Below are positions 49,801 through 60,732 of a DNA stretch of 64,000 bases, in pieces. Under the pieces are notes generated by a model. It ran no database searches. It was given only the letters and a program-made list of their open reading frames with translations, and was not told the origin of the DNA. Within the stretch, counting starts at the first letter, position 1, and each line of letters begins with the position of its first letter. Source of the DNA: Euglena gracilis (Eukaryota); contig CP154954.1 of the NCBI GenBank assembly GCA_039621445.1, positions 27,206,123 through 27,270,122 on the forward strand, written 5' to 3'. Both the position numbers and the translations under genes were made by a program.

Positions 49801-52549
49801 ATTCAATGACCCTCTGGAAAATTGGGACTCCGTTTTTCATCCCCATCACCACTACTTTCCACTGCTTCGTTCCTCTTGGTGTACTACAGCAGGTGTAGGG
49901 TCGGGATTCCTTTCTCATGGGTACCTGATGGAAAGCATCCTTTAGGTCCAACACACTGTACATTGCCCGTTGACCCTGTTGGACCAAGATGTCTTCGATC
50001 CGGGGGAGGGGGTGTGCGTCTGTCACTGTGGCCTCGTTCAGGGCCCTGAAATCCACCACCCCCCTCCACTTTCCCCCTTTCTTGGCCACCACGAACGTGG
50101 GGCTGGACCAGTCACTTCTCCCATCCTCCACCTTTTCATCCCTGACCCACTCGTCGACCATGTCCAGGAGTGCCTGCCGGCGTTCTCCGGTCATGTGGAT
50201 GGGTCTTTGTTTCTTTGCCACCGTCCCAGGTTTGAGTTCTATTTTCCCGAAACCCAGTGGACCACGTTCAGGGGGGTTTGGGTAGATCTTGTCCCTCAAC
50301 ACCACTCCCTCGTAGTCTTTGCGCAGCTTTGCGACCAAATCTGTCACCCTGTCTCCCTCCACAGCCTGCCCTTCAGGCACGGCTATCACTCCCTGGACCT
50401 CCTGTGGGGCTTTGCGTTTTCTGGTTTCCAGATGCTGGGCCAGATTTTCCAAAACTGTTTCGTCTTCAAACAAAAATTCTTCCGTTTCACCTGCTTCTGC
50501 AGGCACCTGCAGGTTCATGGCCCGCACCTTGCTGATTTTCTTCAAAATTTTTCTGTCACCCTGTTCCCGTTCTCTTACCCCTTTCCAACTTGTCAGCAGG
50601 AGCAATGGTTCCCCTATCAGGGCCAGTGAATGTAGGTGTGGAAAAACCCCTAAGTGGTGTTGCTCCATCCAGGGATACCCCAAAATGGCATCCACCTGGA
50701 TTGCCGCGTCGTGGAAGGTCCCCGTGGTTGTCCATTCCCTTGTGTTGTCTTGGTTGAAAATCTGGGCCGTGAATTTCAGTGTTAGTGTCGTTTCATGCAA
50801 CCCTCCCCCCATCCGTGTGCCGTCGGCAGTGACGAGGGCCAAGGGGTGGTTTGACACCGTGAAGGCTCCTGGGGGTAGAAGGTCTTTTCTGATCAGGTTG
50901 GTTTGGGCCCCTGTGTCCACGAGGGCCTTGAGGTCCACCGTTTCACCGTTCGGGCAGACCGCACGAATGCCAATCAAAAGTTGTTTGGACTTCCCCCGTT
51001 TCACCACCTGTCCCAACAGCCGTTCCGATGCTGGCCCAAGCAACCGTTTTGGCAGGTGAACGTTTTCATGGTGTCTCCGTGGGATTTTTGGCTGTGCCGC
51101 AGGCTCCTGTGTGTTTTGTTCATCTCTCCAACCAGCCAAATCTTGGATCAGTTTTTCTGGGATTCGATACTTTTTGTTTCTGGAAATACTCGTCGTGTTG
51201 GAGATTTTCACCCGGTGACCCTTCTGCCCTGGGATCAGGTTGGGACATGTTCTCCCGTCACACAACTTTCCGTGCACTTGCAGAATATCTGGGCTGCCCC
51301 AGATTCGTGTTGGCTTTTTGTACCCCCAGTCGGAGTATTGACAATAGTCCACATCCACGAAGGGATATGGTTTCATGTACTCCCTGTGTCTGAGGTACCC
51401 ATGTCTGGGATTTTCCAGCCACCATTTCTGCGGTCGCAGGTATTTCACGATCTCCAGGGCCTTTTTGGCCAATGCATCCCCCTTCTCCAGTTGCCTTGGT
51501 CTGGTTGTGAGTGCCAGGCTGAATTCCGTGCAGGGAACCCCACAGACCACCGTGTGGAATTCCCCAGGTTTCAGAACTTTTTTGTAGTCCCACGTCAAAA
51601 CATCCACCTGAAAATCTGCCTGCCACTTGGGGTCCAGGTCCACTGTCACCACCTGAAACCCCATTTTTTTGTATGCTTGGCCCACCGACTTGGTACCACA
51701 GAAAAGGTCCAGCATTTTCCGTTTCGGTTCTGCCGAACGGTCCAAAACGTTTTTTTCCGGCAGGTCTGTTTTCCCCAGTGGCTGGTGTTCATCACCCCCC
51801 TCCTCTGTCTCCAAAGGTGGAACATGTTGCACCGTCCCGAAGTTGACCTTGGACGTTGGGTGTGGGGGGGTCATGTGCTGGTGGAAGCCCGTCAGGTAAT
51901 CACAGCGTCCCGTGTGCCCACACACCAGCAGCACCTCCACTGGCCACTGTGTTTCCCTGCAACCCTTGTCGATCCTGCCAAAAAATTTGGTTTTTGCGGG
52001 AAAAGTCATGGACATGAGGGTCAGTTTTCTGGCCTGCGGGTACCAAACTCGGTGTTTCCACTGAGGCACCACCAAAACTGCGTGGGCCTGGTCTGTCTGA
52101 ATTTTTTTGATCACCTCTGGGATTTTGTCGAACGGGGGGTTGATCCACAGGAGGCTGCCCTGCCAATTTTTTTGGAAGGCATCTGTGCCGTGTGGGCTGC
52201 CTGGTCCCCACCAACGCGGGAACCGCTTGTCCTGTTCTGTGGCGAAGGCATCCACCTGTGGTTGCAAACTGAAATGTGAGATGATTTTTTTCACAAAACT
52301 GTCCCGTACGTAGTACTGGTTGGTGATCCAACGGGAGGCTGCCCGCCCAAACCTGCAGCTAGCCTCCTCCCGTGGCACCTGAGTCTTTGTGTTTTGTCTT
52401 TGTCTGTTTTGCGCTTTCTGGTCTGAACCCCTGGATCCCTTACCTCCCTGTTTCTGCTGCTGCGGTAATGGCTCCTTTCTGTCCCTCTGTTCGGCTTGTT
52501 TACTCAGAGAGTCGCCCCTCTCGTCCCCTCCCTCCTTACCGCAGCTGCT
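46845..52549 (-). CDS. pol: Gypsy Pol: N6A-MTase, C5-MTase, protease, RT, RNase H, integrase, chromodomain (one internal TAG, one frameshift)
   Basis: NPPF; DLFCG/GVPC/ENP; LVDTGA; LDLKDAFHQ and YVDD; RVDASG; HHEAAGH..CETC, SDRGPQF, NGRAE; WEVERVLNHR..RWKGFGPEEDQWEP. TAG at 47564-47566 is probably mutated TGG. Frameshift near 46990. Confidence 0.93.
51130..51715 (-). other. C5-cytosine DNA methyltransferase domain within Pol
   Basis: Motif I LDLFCGTKS, motif II/III VDLD..DV, catalytic motif IV GVPCTEFS, motif VI WLENP, motif VIII region DYCQY..KKPTRIW, C-terminal YRIPEKL. Confidence 0.88.
51930..52320 (-). other. Dam-like DNA N6-adenine methyltransferase domain within Pol
   Basis: VDAFA...DAFQKNW...LWINPPF (52130-52141)...AVLVVPQW...WY, the motif order of the phage-Dam-like MT domain of DIRS elements. 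Confidence 0.85.
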
Positions 52550-54268
52550 TCACTTCTGCCCCTGGGCAGCAACCTGCTGTCCAGTCTGTGGTGCTGCCAT
52601 TTTCTGTGCCCACCGTAGGGGCTGTGGACACTCTCGTTTGAAATGTCCCGGCTGTTCGCAGTTGTAACACCGTCCGTCATCTGGAGGTGGCACGTATCTG
52701 GGCTGTCCGGCTGTCCCGGAGTTCTGTGTCGACTGCCAGGACGGTTGTCCCTTTCCTGAATTTCCCTTCCCGCTCCCCTTCCCAGACCCTTTTCCCTTGC
52801 CTTGGTCAGGATACGAACCCTGTCCCTTGCCTTTCCCTTTCCCCTTGCTGTAATCCACAGTGGTCCAGCCTGCCCAATTTTGGCCCTGATTTTGACTCTG
52901 TCCCTGATTGTAGGGGGCTGGGGGCTGGGGTTGTGGGACACCCGAAGGCTGCCTTTCCTTTTCCGGAGTTGGTGGTCTGGGTTTTGGGGAATTGGAACGG
53001 GACCGGGCAGGTGGGGGCGTTTTGCTTCTGGGTCGAGAAGAATTGTTTTCTTTCACCTCCCGCACATACCCCCTTTTGTCACTGGATCTTGATCGATGTT
53101 CCCGTGGCTGGTTCTGCCACCCCCCGAAATTCTTTCCGAAAGTGTCAGATTGTTCCTGACATCTCAGTTCTGTTTCCACCTTTGCAAACATCTCCTCCAG
53201 GGACAGCTTTGTTTGTACCACTGTGAATCTGGGTTGGTGTCCTGAGGCCAGGGCTGTGCCGTTCTTCATCATCAGCAGCTGGGACGCCCTGCTGCCGTTC
53301 AGGCTGATGATGAAATCAGTTCCGTCGGCTGTCACGAGGAACCTTTCGTCAGCCCCAAGTGTGGCTGCCACCAGTCTTGTTACGTCTTCCCTGGTTGCGT
53401 CTGGGACCCCAGGTACGCTTGTCAGCCCCTTCAATTTCAGAGTGGGTCTGTCTTGGTTCCTCCTGTCTTGTTCACGAATGCAGTTTCTGCGCATCATTTC
53501 AGGCATCCGTTCAGCGACCAATGCATACGCATCGTCTGCGGAGGGGTGTTCCAACCGACTGTAGAGCAGTTTGAAGCGTGCTTCAAACTCCCTCCATGCC
53601 CCCAGAGTCAGTTTTCCATCGTACCTGGGTTTCAGGTTTTTCAGCTCCTCCTTTATTGCCAGCTGGGTGTCCCCTTCGTACTTTTGGCAGAGCCAATTCC
53701 AAAATTCCTGATATCTGATTTTTTCTCCCCGTTCTTGTCGTCGCTGGAGCTCCAGCCGGCCCGTCTCGTCAAGGCTTCCCTCCAAAATTGTCAGTTTCAT
53801 GTCATCTGTGAGGGGTCCCTGTCCGGCTGACAATCGGTTCAGGTAAATTGGAAATTTCACAGAAAAATCTGCAAAATTTCCTTGGAGGAGCGGTCTGACC
53901 AGGTCTTTTGTCATGGCTGCACCCACTGGTCCCATCAGCAGCCCAATGGAGGGGGCAGCCTGTGCTGCCACTGGGGCGACAACCGTTTCTGCCCCCACAT
54001 GAAAAATGGGTGTGTATGTGCTGCCGAATTGGGGACCTGCTGTGTTTTGTGGCCCTGGGTTTTCTTCTGTCACCCATGTGAACAGATCCCGCGTTCGCGG
54101 CTGTGAGCTCTGGCTGGGACCTGTGCTTTCCCGTTGTTGACTCTGTTGTTGCATCATGTTTTTGATTTCCAACAGTTCCCTCTCCAGTCGCTGCTGGTGT
54201 TCCAGCATTGGGTCTGTCGGTTTCGGTCGAGGTTGAAAAGGTTGGGCGTCGGCTGAAAGTTCAAACAC
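52550..54268 (-). CDS. gag: Gypsy Gag (capsid-like region + CCHC zinc knuckle)
   Basis: CYNCEQPGHFKREC knuckle near the C-terminus, GK-rich linker, position directly upstream of pol. Confidence 0.88.
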   Translation of the reverse strand: MFELSADAQPFQPRPKPTDPMLEHQQRLERELLEIKNMMQQQSQQRESTGPSQSSQPRTRDLFTWVTEENPGPQNTAGPQFGSTYTPIFHVGAETVVAPVAAQAAPSIGLLMGPVGAAMTKDLVRPLLQGNFADFSVKFPIYLNRLSAGQGPLTDDMKLTILEGSLDETGRLELQRRQERGEKIRYQEFWNWLCQKYEGDTQLAIKEELKNLKPRYDGKLTLGAWREFEARFKLLYSRLEHPSADDAYALVAERMPEMMRRNCIREQDRRNQDRPTLKLKGLTSVPGVPDATREDVTRLVAATLGADERFLVTADGTDFIISLNGSRASQLLMMKNGTALASGHQPRFTVVQTKLSLEEMFAKVETELRCQEQSDTFGKNFGGWQNQPREHRSRSSDKRGYVREVKENNSSRPRSKTPPPARSRSNSPKPRPPTPEKERQPSGVPQPQPPAPYNQGQSQNQGQNWAGWTTVDYSKGKGKGKGQGSYPDQGKGKGSGKGSGKGNSGKGQPSWQSTQNSGTAGQPRYVPPPDDGRCYNCEQPGHFKRECPQPLRWAQKMAAPQTGQQVAAQGQK

Positions 54269-54372
54269 AGCTTGGGGTTTGGGGGGTTGGGTTTTTGACC
54301 CGGGGGGGGTCCTGTCGGATTGAAAGTTTTTTAAATTCTTCTTGTACCGTTTGCACCATTAGGGTTTTTAGG

Positions 54373-56772
54373 TCAGGGAGGTCCCAACCCACACCTGGCA
54401 CAGGTTCTCGGGGTCCTCGGGTCCCCTCCCGGAGCTGTCCTGGGGGTCCTCGGGTCCCCTCCCTGGGCTGTGTTAGGGGGGCTTTGGGGCCCCCAGACCC
54501 CCGTTGGGGTCACTGGCTGTGGGGCCGAGGCTGCTGGCTGTGGGGCTGGGGCCGCTGGCTGGGGTCCCCCCAACCCCATCAGTTCTGCCCAAGCCTCCGG
54601 CTGGGGCCCAGATGTCAGCCCCTGCCCCGTGCTGGCTGTGGCTGGGCCTGGGCTTCGCTGCCTTGCTGCAGCCGCTGGCTGGGGTTCTTGGGTTTGCCCC
54701 TTCCCGTTTGGTGGTTCTGTTGTCCGTCTGGACACTTGGCCCACTGGCCCAGGTGCTGGGGTTTCTGGGGTTTTCCCCGTCCCCTGTTGTCGCCGGTCGC
54801 TGAGAGAGCTAGAGGCTGCTGAGAAAGAATAAGATTGAGATTTTTCAAAACTTTCTTTTGTCTTTTGTGTCAGTTCAGTCAATTCATTTAATCTTTTTTC
54901 GGTGGCCTCCCATTTCGTTTGCCACAGTTGGTTCTGACTGTGGAACTCGGCAGTCAGCGATCTACACTGCTGCTGCCAAATTCCAGAGTCTTGCGTTTCT
55001 TTCAGTGTTGTTCGTGTGGTGAGGTCTGTCAGCTGTGCCTCCAACCGTCCCACCTTGTTTACCATCTGTCCCAGTGTGGATGACATGTCGATCCACCTGG
55101 CCTGGTCACTGGCTTCCTGCGACCCAGTCTTGAAAACCCCTTTTTGGAATTCCCCCAGTACCTTTCTGAAGGTTTGGGCTGATTCCTCCACTTTGTGTCC
55201 TAGCCCTGTCATTTCCTGGTTCAGACGGTCAAATCTTCTTTTGTTTTCATCGTTCGCAGCCAGCGTGTCCATACGTCTGGTCAAGGTGGTGACTTCCTGC
55301 GAAAGTTTGGTCATCCGCTGTTCCAGTGTTTGGTCCCGTTGCCCCTCGACCAGTTGTTCCACCCCTGCGTTCAGGCCTTTCATTGTCTTGGTAAAATGTT
55401 CTTGTGTTTGTTGGACCCTGTGGTTCAGTTCTTTCAGCGTCTCGTCACAGTTGCCTGCCAGTGTCCCTACCTGGCGTTCTGTCTCTGCCTCCCGTGATTT
55501 CACCTCCCGTTGACTTTCAGCCAACCCAGCCATTGTCTGTTCGACCCCCTGCATCCGCATCTGCAATTCTTGAAGCACCTGCTCGTTTTGTTTCTGCTGG
55601 CCGAGTAATCCTATGAGGTGTTGCCCCTGGGTCTGCGTGCTTCCCCCTGCCACTTGCAGCAAACCCTGGAACCCGTTTATCTTTTCGTCCAGCAGCCCAG
55701 CCATCACCTTCAGGTCCCGAATCTGTTGTCCCAGGTTCTCAAAGTGTCCCTGGTACAGTCTGTTTTGACTTGTCACCATTCCCTCCAAGTTTTCCGTTAC
55801 CGTGGCCAGGTTTGTGGACAGCTCCTCATACCCGCCTTCTGTTCGCCACACCAACCCTTCTGTCCGTTCCCCCTGTGTAATCAGCTGCTGTTCCAAGCGT
55901 GTAAACTGCAGTTCCGTGGTGTTTTGAAGTCGTTGTATCACCTCTGTGGTTTTCTGGTTCACAAACTCGGTGGCTCGCCTGAAAGTTTGGAATTCCTGTT
56001 GGAATTCCGCCATGTTCTGTACGAAACTGGACCACCAGTTTGTGTCGGCGAACCAGTCGTGATGTACTGGTTCCGCCTCTGATTCCTCCACCCCTGCACC
56101 GTTGACCTGGAAGTGGTCTTCGTTCGGGCTCTGTCTTGCCGCTTCCAGGCTCAACAGTTGGTTCTGAGTGTCTGTGCTGGGTTCTGGGTGGAATGTGAGC
56201 TGCAGTGGCTGTGTGTCTTGGTAGATGTCTCCCAGTTCGTCGTCTTCGGTGTCCGTGAACTGTGTTGTCCCTGTTTCCTCCTGGGTCCTGGGGTTCTGTT
56301 CCCCATCTTGTTCCATTTCGACCATTGCAATTGTCATCTGCGACAATTGTGCAATGTCAATGTCGCACCCCAGGGTCCTGGCCATGTCTGTGGTCGTTTC
56401 TGTGTCGTATTCCCATTGCTCAGGTTCCTGGTTCCATTGCACGTTTTCTGGGGTGGTCATTGTGGATTCCGTCATTGTGATTCCTGTTGCTGGGTGATTG
56501 AAATGGACATCTGTTTCTGGACCAGCCGACCTAGCGACGGCTGATGAGACAGATTCCTGTGGTTTTGCGGTAATTTCTTGTTGTTCGGTCCAGCCGCTTT
56601 CAGGGGAACTGAAAATGGGCAGAAAGCCTCTGCTACCATTTGTACGGGATAACCCCCTTTGCTGCTCCGCTTGTTCCAGGTCCGTGGGGTCTCCCTGTCC
56701 CCGCGTAGGATCGATTACCCTGCCCAGTTGAATTTCAATTCCCCGCGCGGCCTTTGTTAAAAATTGTTTCAT
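54373..56772 (-). CDS. Gypsy ORF1, 799 aa coiled-coil-like protein (probably the N-terminal part of a long Gag)
   Basis: Long Q/E/L-rich ORF inside the element. An intervening frame (WDLPDLKTLMVQTVQEEFKKL) suggests linkage to the downstream gag ORF through two indels. Confidence 0.7.
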   Translation of the reverse strand: MKQFLTKAARGIEIQLGRVIDPTRGQGDPTDLEQAEQQRGLSRTNGSRGFLPIFSSPESGWTEQQEITAKPQESVSSAVARSAGPETDVHFNHPATGITMTESTMTTPENVQWNQEPEQWEYDTETTTDMARTLGCDIDIAQLSQMTIAMVEMEQDGEQNPRTQEETGTTQFTDTEDDELGDIYQDTQPLQLTFHPEPSTDTQNQLLSLEAARQSPNEDHFQVNGAGVEESEAEPVHHDWFADTNWWSSFVQNMAEFQQEFQTFRRATEFVNQKTTEVIQRLQNTTELQFTRLEQQLITQGERTEGLVWRTEGGYEELSTNLATVTENLEGMVTSQNRLYQGHFENLGQQIRDLKVMAGLLDEKINGFQGLLQVAGGSTQTQGQHLIGLLGQQKQNEQVLQELQMRMQGVEQTMAGLAESQREVKSREAETERQVGTLAGNCDETLKELNHRVQQTQEHFTKTMKGLNAGVEQLVEGQRDQTLEQRMTKLSQEVTTLTRRMDTLAANDENKRRFDRLNQEMTGLGHKVEESAQTFRKVLGEFQKGVFKTGSQEASDQARWIDMSSTLGQMVNKVGRLEAQLTDLTTRTTLKETQDSGIWQQQCRSLTAEFHSQNQLWQTKWEATEKRLNELTELTQKTKESFEKSQSYSFSAASSSLSDRRQQGTGKTPETPAPGPVGQVSRRTTEPPNGKGQTQEPQPAAAARQRSPGPATASTGQGLTSGPQPEAWAELMGLGGPQPAAPAPQPAASAPQPVTPTGVWGPQSPPNTAQGGDPRTPRTAPGGDPRTPRTCARCGLGPP
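56627..56638 (-). other. Primer binding site, initiator tRNA-Met type
   Basis: TGGTAGCAGAGG starts 2 nt after the 5' LTR and is complementary to the ...CCUCUGCUACCA 3' end of eukaryotic tRNAi-Met. Confidence 0.85.
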
Positions 56773-57329
56773 TTTCTGGGTTAAAAAGACCTTTTTCCTT
56801 TTTGGGGTTGGTGTTGGGTGGGTCCTTGGGGGGTCACAAATCGGGTGTAAAACACCTGTAAGTCTTGCTCAAAGCAGCGAAATGCGTTCAAATTGGTGGT
56901 CGTGGTCAGTGAAGGTCTTCGGTGCTGGCGAACTGGCGCTTCTTAGGCACACCAGCAGCAACAACTCCTGCTTCAGACCTCACTTCAGATCACAGGACCA
57001 ATGCTTGAACAGATAATCAACTTCCACTCCAATGAAATCTTGACAAACTTGAATTGGCTTGAAACTTGAACCAAATAGGCCAATGGCAAATAGATAATCA
57101 GCTTGAGCAAGGACAGTAGTGACAGAGCCCTGTGGGAGTCAGTGGTCAAAATGTGGCCAGGGGTTAAAATTCAGTTAGGAGGGGGTTATCCTAATTGTTT
57201 CATCATTGAAACAGTAGGCCCCTGGTTGGGTCAAGTCCCCTGGTTAGTTCTGTGGCGCCCGGGTTAGCTTTTAAGGTCAGCGCCTGAGGTTAACTAACTC
57301 ACCAGGGCACTCAGCACCCCTGACTCACA
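56641..57329 (-). repeat. 5' LTR
   Basis: Reads TGTGAGTC...CCCGTACA on minus. By eye it differs from 44427-45115 at only two positions (GGCTTC vs GACCTC). Confidence 0.96.
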
Positions 57330-58525
57330 AAGGTCGTTGACCTTACATGCGTCCAGGCACATACGAAGGATGGTGAACTGGATGTGTGCTGATGGCACCT
57401 TCTGCAGTAGCGAACAAGCTTTCATGGCCGCTTCGCATCGACCAAACCAGACACGGTCAGCAAAGGAGCCATCTCCGGGGTGACAAACGGGTACCCCAAG
57501 GGACTTGATTCCTGACCCTGGGATGAAGGGCGTGACCGCGATGCGTTGTAGGACGCTTGCCCCCATGGGGAGGGTAGTCCACTCAGGGCCAAACGCTGGT
57601 CCCCACAGGGTACATTTCTCAAGTTTCAGCGTCACCCCAATGGGAGGACCTTTTTCCAGTACCAGGCGCACAACTTCCTCCAATTGGTGCACGTTGACAA
57701 CCACGTGTGCGTCATCAAGGTACCACGCCTGCCAGCCACAAGCCGAGTGGATGTCCTCCACCAGCCCTTGAATTGCGAGGGCGAAGGCGACGGGGCCACA
57801 CGGGTCACCTTGCTGTACCCCGGTCTGACTTCGGAGGCAGGTGTCCCCGAGGAATAGGCCCGAGTGCTCGCTGTAGCACGTCTCCAGCCATGTCACCAGC
57901 TCCGGACACCGTTCGCGAGCCGCATCCAGAAGGGCATCTCTTGGGATATAGTTGAATGTGTTGCTGAAATCAAGCTGCAATATGCCCCAGTGACGTGAGT
58001 CATTGTGGTGCAGGGTGCTGACCAACTGCTGCAGACCCATGCCAATCAATCCACATGCATCGGGGCACCCAACGCCGAACTGGCCGGGCATCCCTTCTTG
58101 TGTGAACTTCCGAACAGCCGGCTGCCTCATGAGCACTTTTCCAACGAGCCTTCGAAGACATTCACCGGAGGCTATTGGCCGTGTCCCCTCCTGGGAAGGG
58201 TCAGGCAGCACAGGGATCAGGTTTCCCATGTCATCCACCGCCGTGGATGGCTTCACCTTCCGCAGGGCCGTGAGGCGGGCCGAGGTGAGGATTTCAGCTG
58301 CGCCTGCCGACCATCCTTGATTGATGCAGTTGTATGCGAAGGTGGTGAGGCCCTCAAGCAATACCTCGGCTTTCCCCCCGGCCTCTCGGCCCAGCATGTC
58401 TTTCAAGTGGTCCGGTTTTAGTCCGGACGGTCCGGAGGAGGACTCCTTCCCAAAGCTGAAAACCGCCTTTCTTACCAAAGAGAGGCGATCCCTTCTTTCG
58501 TCTTCATCAGACGTCGATGGGATGG
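57330..58525 (-). pseudogene. Inverted RT core of CRE-like copy 2
   Basis: RPIASGECLRRL, LDFSNTFN, QQGDPCGP, WYLDD, ending KVNDL. It continues as LRATPVNLSVPQCNLLSKTLRNTLS on the far side of the gypsy insertion. Confidence 0.9.
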
Positions 58526-58529
58526 TGGC

Positions 58530-60175
58530 ACGCTTGTGGATGGAGATCTCAATGGACGCCCGTGGAACGGTCTCAACCATTCCAAAAGGGGCACTCCCTG
58601 CGGTGTGCGACTCGTACGCAATGGTGCTACGAGCATTTAATGAAAAGCCGACGTGGGAAACTCTGCACGCCCTTTGGGCCTTCCCAAAGGCAGTGTTAGC
58701 ACCTCTGGGGAAAGGAGGCCGCGGCCACTGGGCCCGGCTGGGCAGGGTCATTCGAGGGCGGGCGGAGGCCTACCTCAAGCGGACAGTGGCCGAAAGTTGG
58801 AGGGACTATCAACGAATTCCCTCTGCCGCCCAAACGATCCGTACCAGGGGTCAGACCCGCCGTGAGCAGGAAGTGCAGGAGGAGGGCTTTGTCCGTCGGC
58901 TAGAACGCCTCGTGGGCAAGGGTGCCGTTGGAAAGGCCTGCCAATTCTTGTTATCTGAAGGTGTACAAGACGACAAGCACCCGGCAGTCCGCCGCCGTCT
59001 AGAAGAACTGCATCCCTTTGAGGAGCCTCCTGGTCATCTGTGGACGACCCCTAGAGGAGGAGCAGTGGACTCAGGCGACCTTGCCTGTCCATCTCGGTGG
59101 ACTAGGGATACGCGACCCCACAACAGAACGAATCAACGCCAGATGGGCTGCCACCCTGGACTACCTCACACGGGGTGATCGCATCCTGGACTTGCCGGAA
59201 TTCTGCAACAGGTCGTCACTGCCGCCTGACTTCGGACTCGTCGCCGCAGACATGAAAGCAAATTGTGATCTCCCTATCCCAGTCAAGCACTTCTGTGAAA
59301 ACACTGAAAGGCACGACCTCCTGACACCTGAACTCATGAAGCAACGCTTCTGGTGGCAGCAGTGTGCCGCGGCTCGCCAACAGAAACTGCAGGACAACCT
59401 CGTGGGAGACGACAAACTGAAGTTCCAATGTCAAGCGAAGCCTCATGCGATGGCATGGGCGTCAGTGATGCCGTCCGCTAGCACAAGGACCCTCATCCCC
59501 ACGAGGGAATTCCAGGCCATGATTCAATGGTCACTGGGTGCCACGGTCGTGACGCCCACGGAGGGGTCACCCGGCTGCCCCAGGTGCCACAACCCGCTGG
59601 ATGTAAGAGGACACCACCTCGTCTGTTGCCACCGAAACAACATCGTAAGGCGACACGGGGCAGTACAATCATACATCCTCGGGCTTGCTCAGCGGGCAGG
59701 GTTCCCTGCAAGAAGGGAGGAAAGCGCGCCCGATGGTTCACGTCCCGGGGACGTATTTGTCATGAGATACGACGCGAATGGACCAGCGGCCATCGACGTC
59801 ACCATCCGACACCCCTTGGCACCATCTCGGACGCGCCCTGGCACGGATGAGATCGGAAAGTGGCACGAGGCTCAAGAGGAAGACAAGGTGAAGAAGTATG
59901 GCGAGGGGTGCCAGCGAAGAGGCTGGACATTCATCCCTTTCGTAATGGACTGCTATGGAGGGATGGGAGATGCGGCGCTCTCGTTCGTTACCAATTGCGT
60001 TCACCTCCTTGCCGGCCAGCACGACGCGTGGGAGAGAAGGGGAGTTGAGGGCAATTGCTGGCAGGGCCTCAGCATGGCCCTGGCCAGGGAGTTGGCGAGG
60101 CAGCTGGTTTGGGGGCAGTGCCCTGAGGACTCGGCTGATGGTGGCATTGCCGAAGCTCATCGACCGTACGCATAA
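58530..60175 (+). pseudogene. Pre-RT segment joined directly to thumb + RLE of CRE-like copy 2
   Basis: WETLHALWAFPKAVL...LHPFEEPP is followed in another frame by ICGRP..GGLG...CPRC..HLVCC..RPGD..AIDVT. Confidence 0.88.
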
Positions 60176-60732
60176 AACGAACATCACGCCCAGCCTCTAA
60201 CACCCAGGGATTACTCGACGCTGCGTGCCGCGAAGTTTTTCCACGCGCCCATAGGGCCAGTCATTACAACAAATTGAGGTGCGCTGGAGGAAACAATTCG
60301 TTGGGCAGATGCTCACACACCGTTTCTTGAAGCGGACTTCGACACACAACTACGGCAGGCCGCCTCTACAAAGCAGCCAAAGCAAGCAGGACTCCACACC
60401 CGCCACACTACCAACGCAGCACGCCAGATCCGCAACGACGCCCCGAGGGCCCAGAGCGTGAAAGACAGCGGAAAAAGGAATCACAGCCCCACACGTCATC
60501 AACACACAGACCTTAAACGGCACCGAGCCCTGCCACCTCCCTATTGCCTGCCCAACCACTCTGTCTCTGACCTCGCGCATTTTACTATTCCCTCGCTCCC
60601 CTTTACTCGCCCCCTTTACCTTCCCTCCCTTCCCAATTGCCTCTGTACATAGCCTTACTCCCCTGAACTCTTCAAACCCCATAGGCTGTGCCACTGGTCG
60701 GTGGATTCGTACGCCGCTGTTCTCGTCATCAA

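Larger units (their letters stand above)
44427..57329 (-). mobile_element. Full-length Ty3/gypsy (chromovirus-type) LTR retrotransposon carrying two DNA methyltransferase domains
   Basis: Two 689-bp TG...CA LTRs, PBS, PPT, AAGGT target duplication (44421-44425 and 57330-57334, with one extra T on the left), gag with CCHC, and PR-RT-RH-IN-chromo domain order. Confidence 0.96.
42851..60712 (+). mobile_element. CRE-like retrotransposon copy 2 (different subfamily), internally rearranged and interrupted by the gypsy element
   Basis: SL + 2A-containing 5' ORF (43039-44345); inverted RT core (44346-44425 and 57330-about 58525); pre-RT segment (about 58530-59031); thumb/RLE to 60175; 3' motif at 60690. 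Confidence 0.8.

Noticed and set aside
46946-52279. Long plus-strand ORFs opposite pol (322, 246 and 458 aa)
   Set aside because: Antisense shadows of the pol frame with no recognisable motifs.
56162-56173. TTCTGAGTGTCT partial SL match
   Set aside because: Only 12 nt, lacks the T-tract, and lies antisense within gypsy ORF1; chance.
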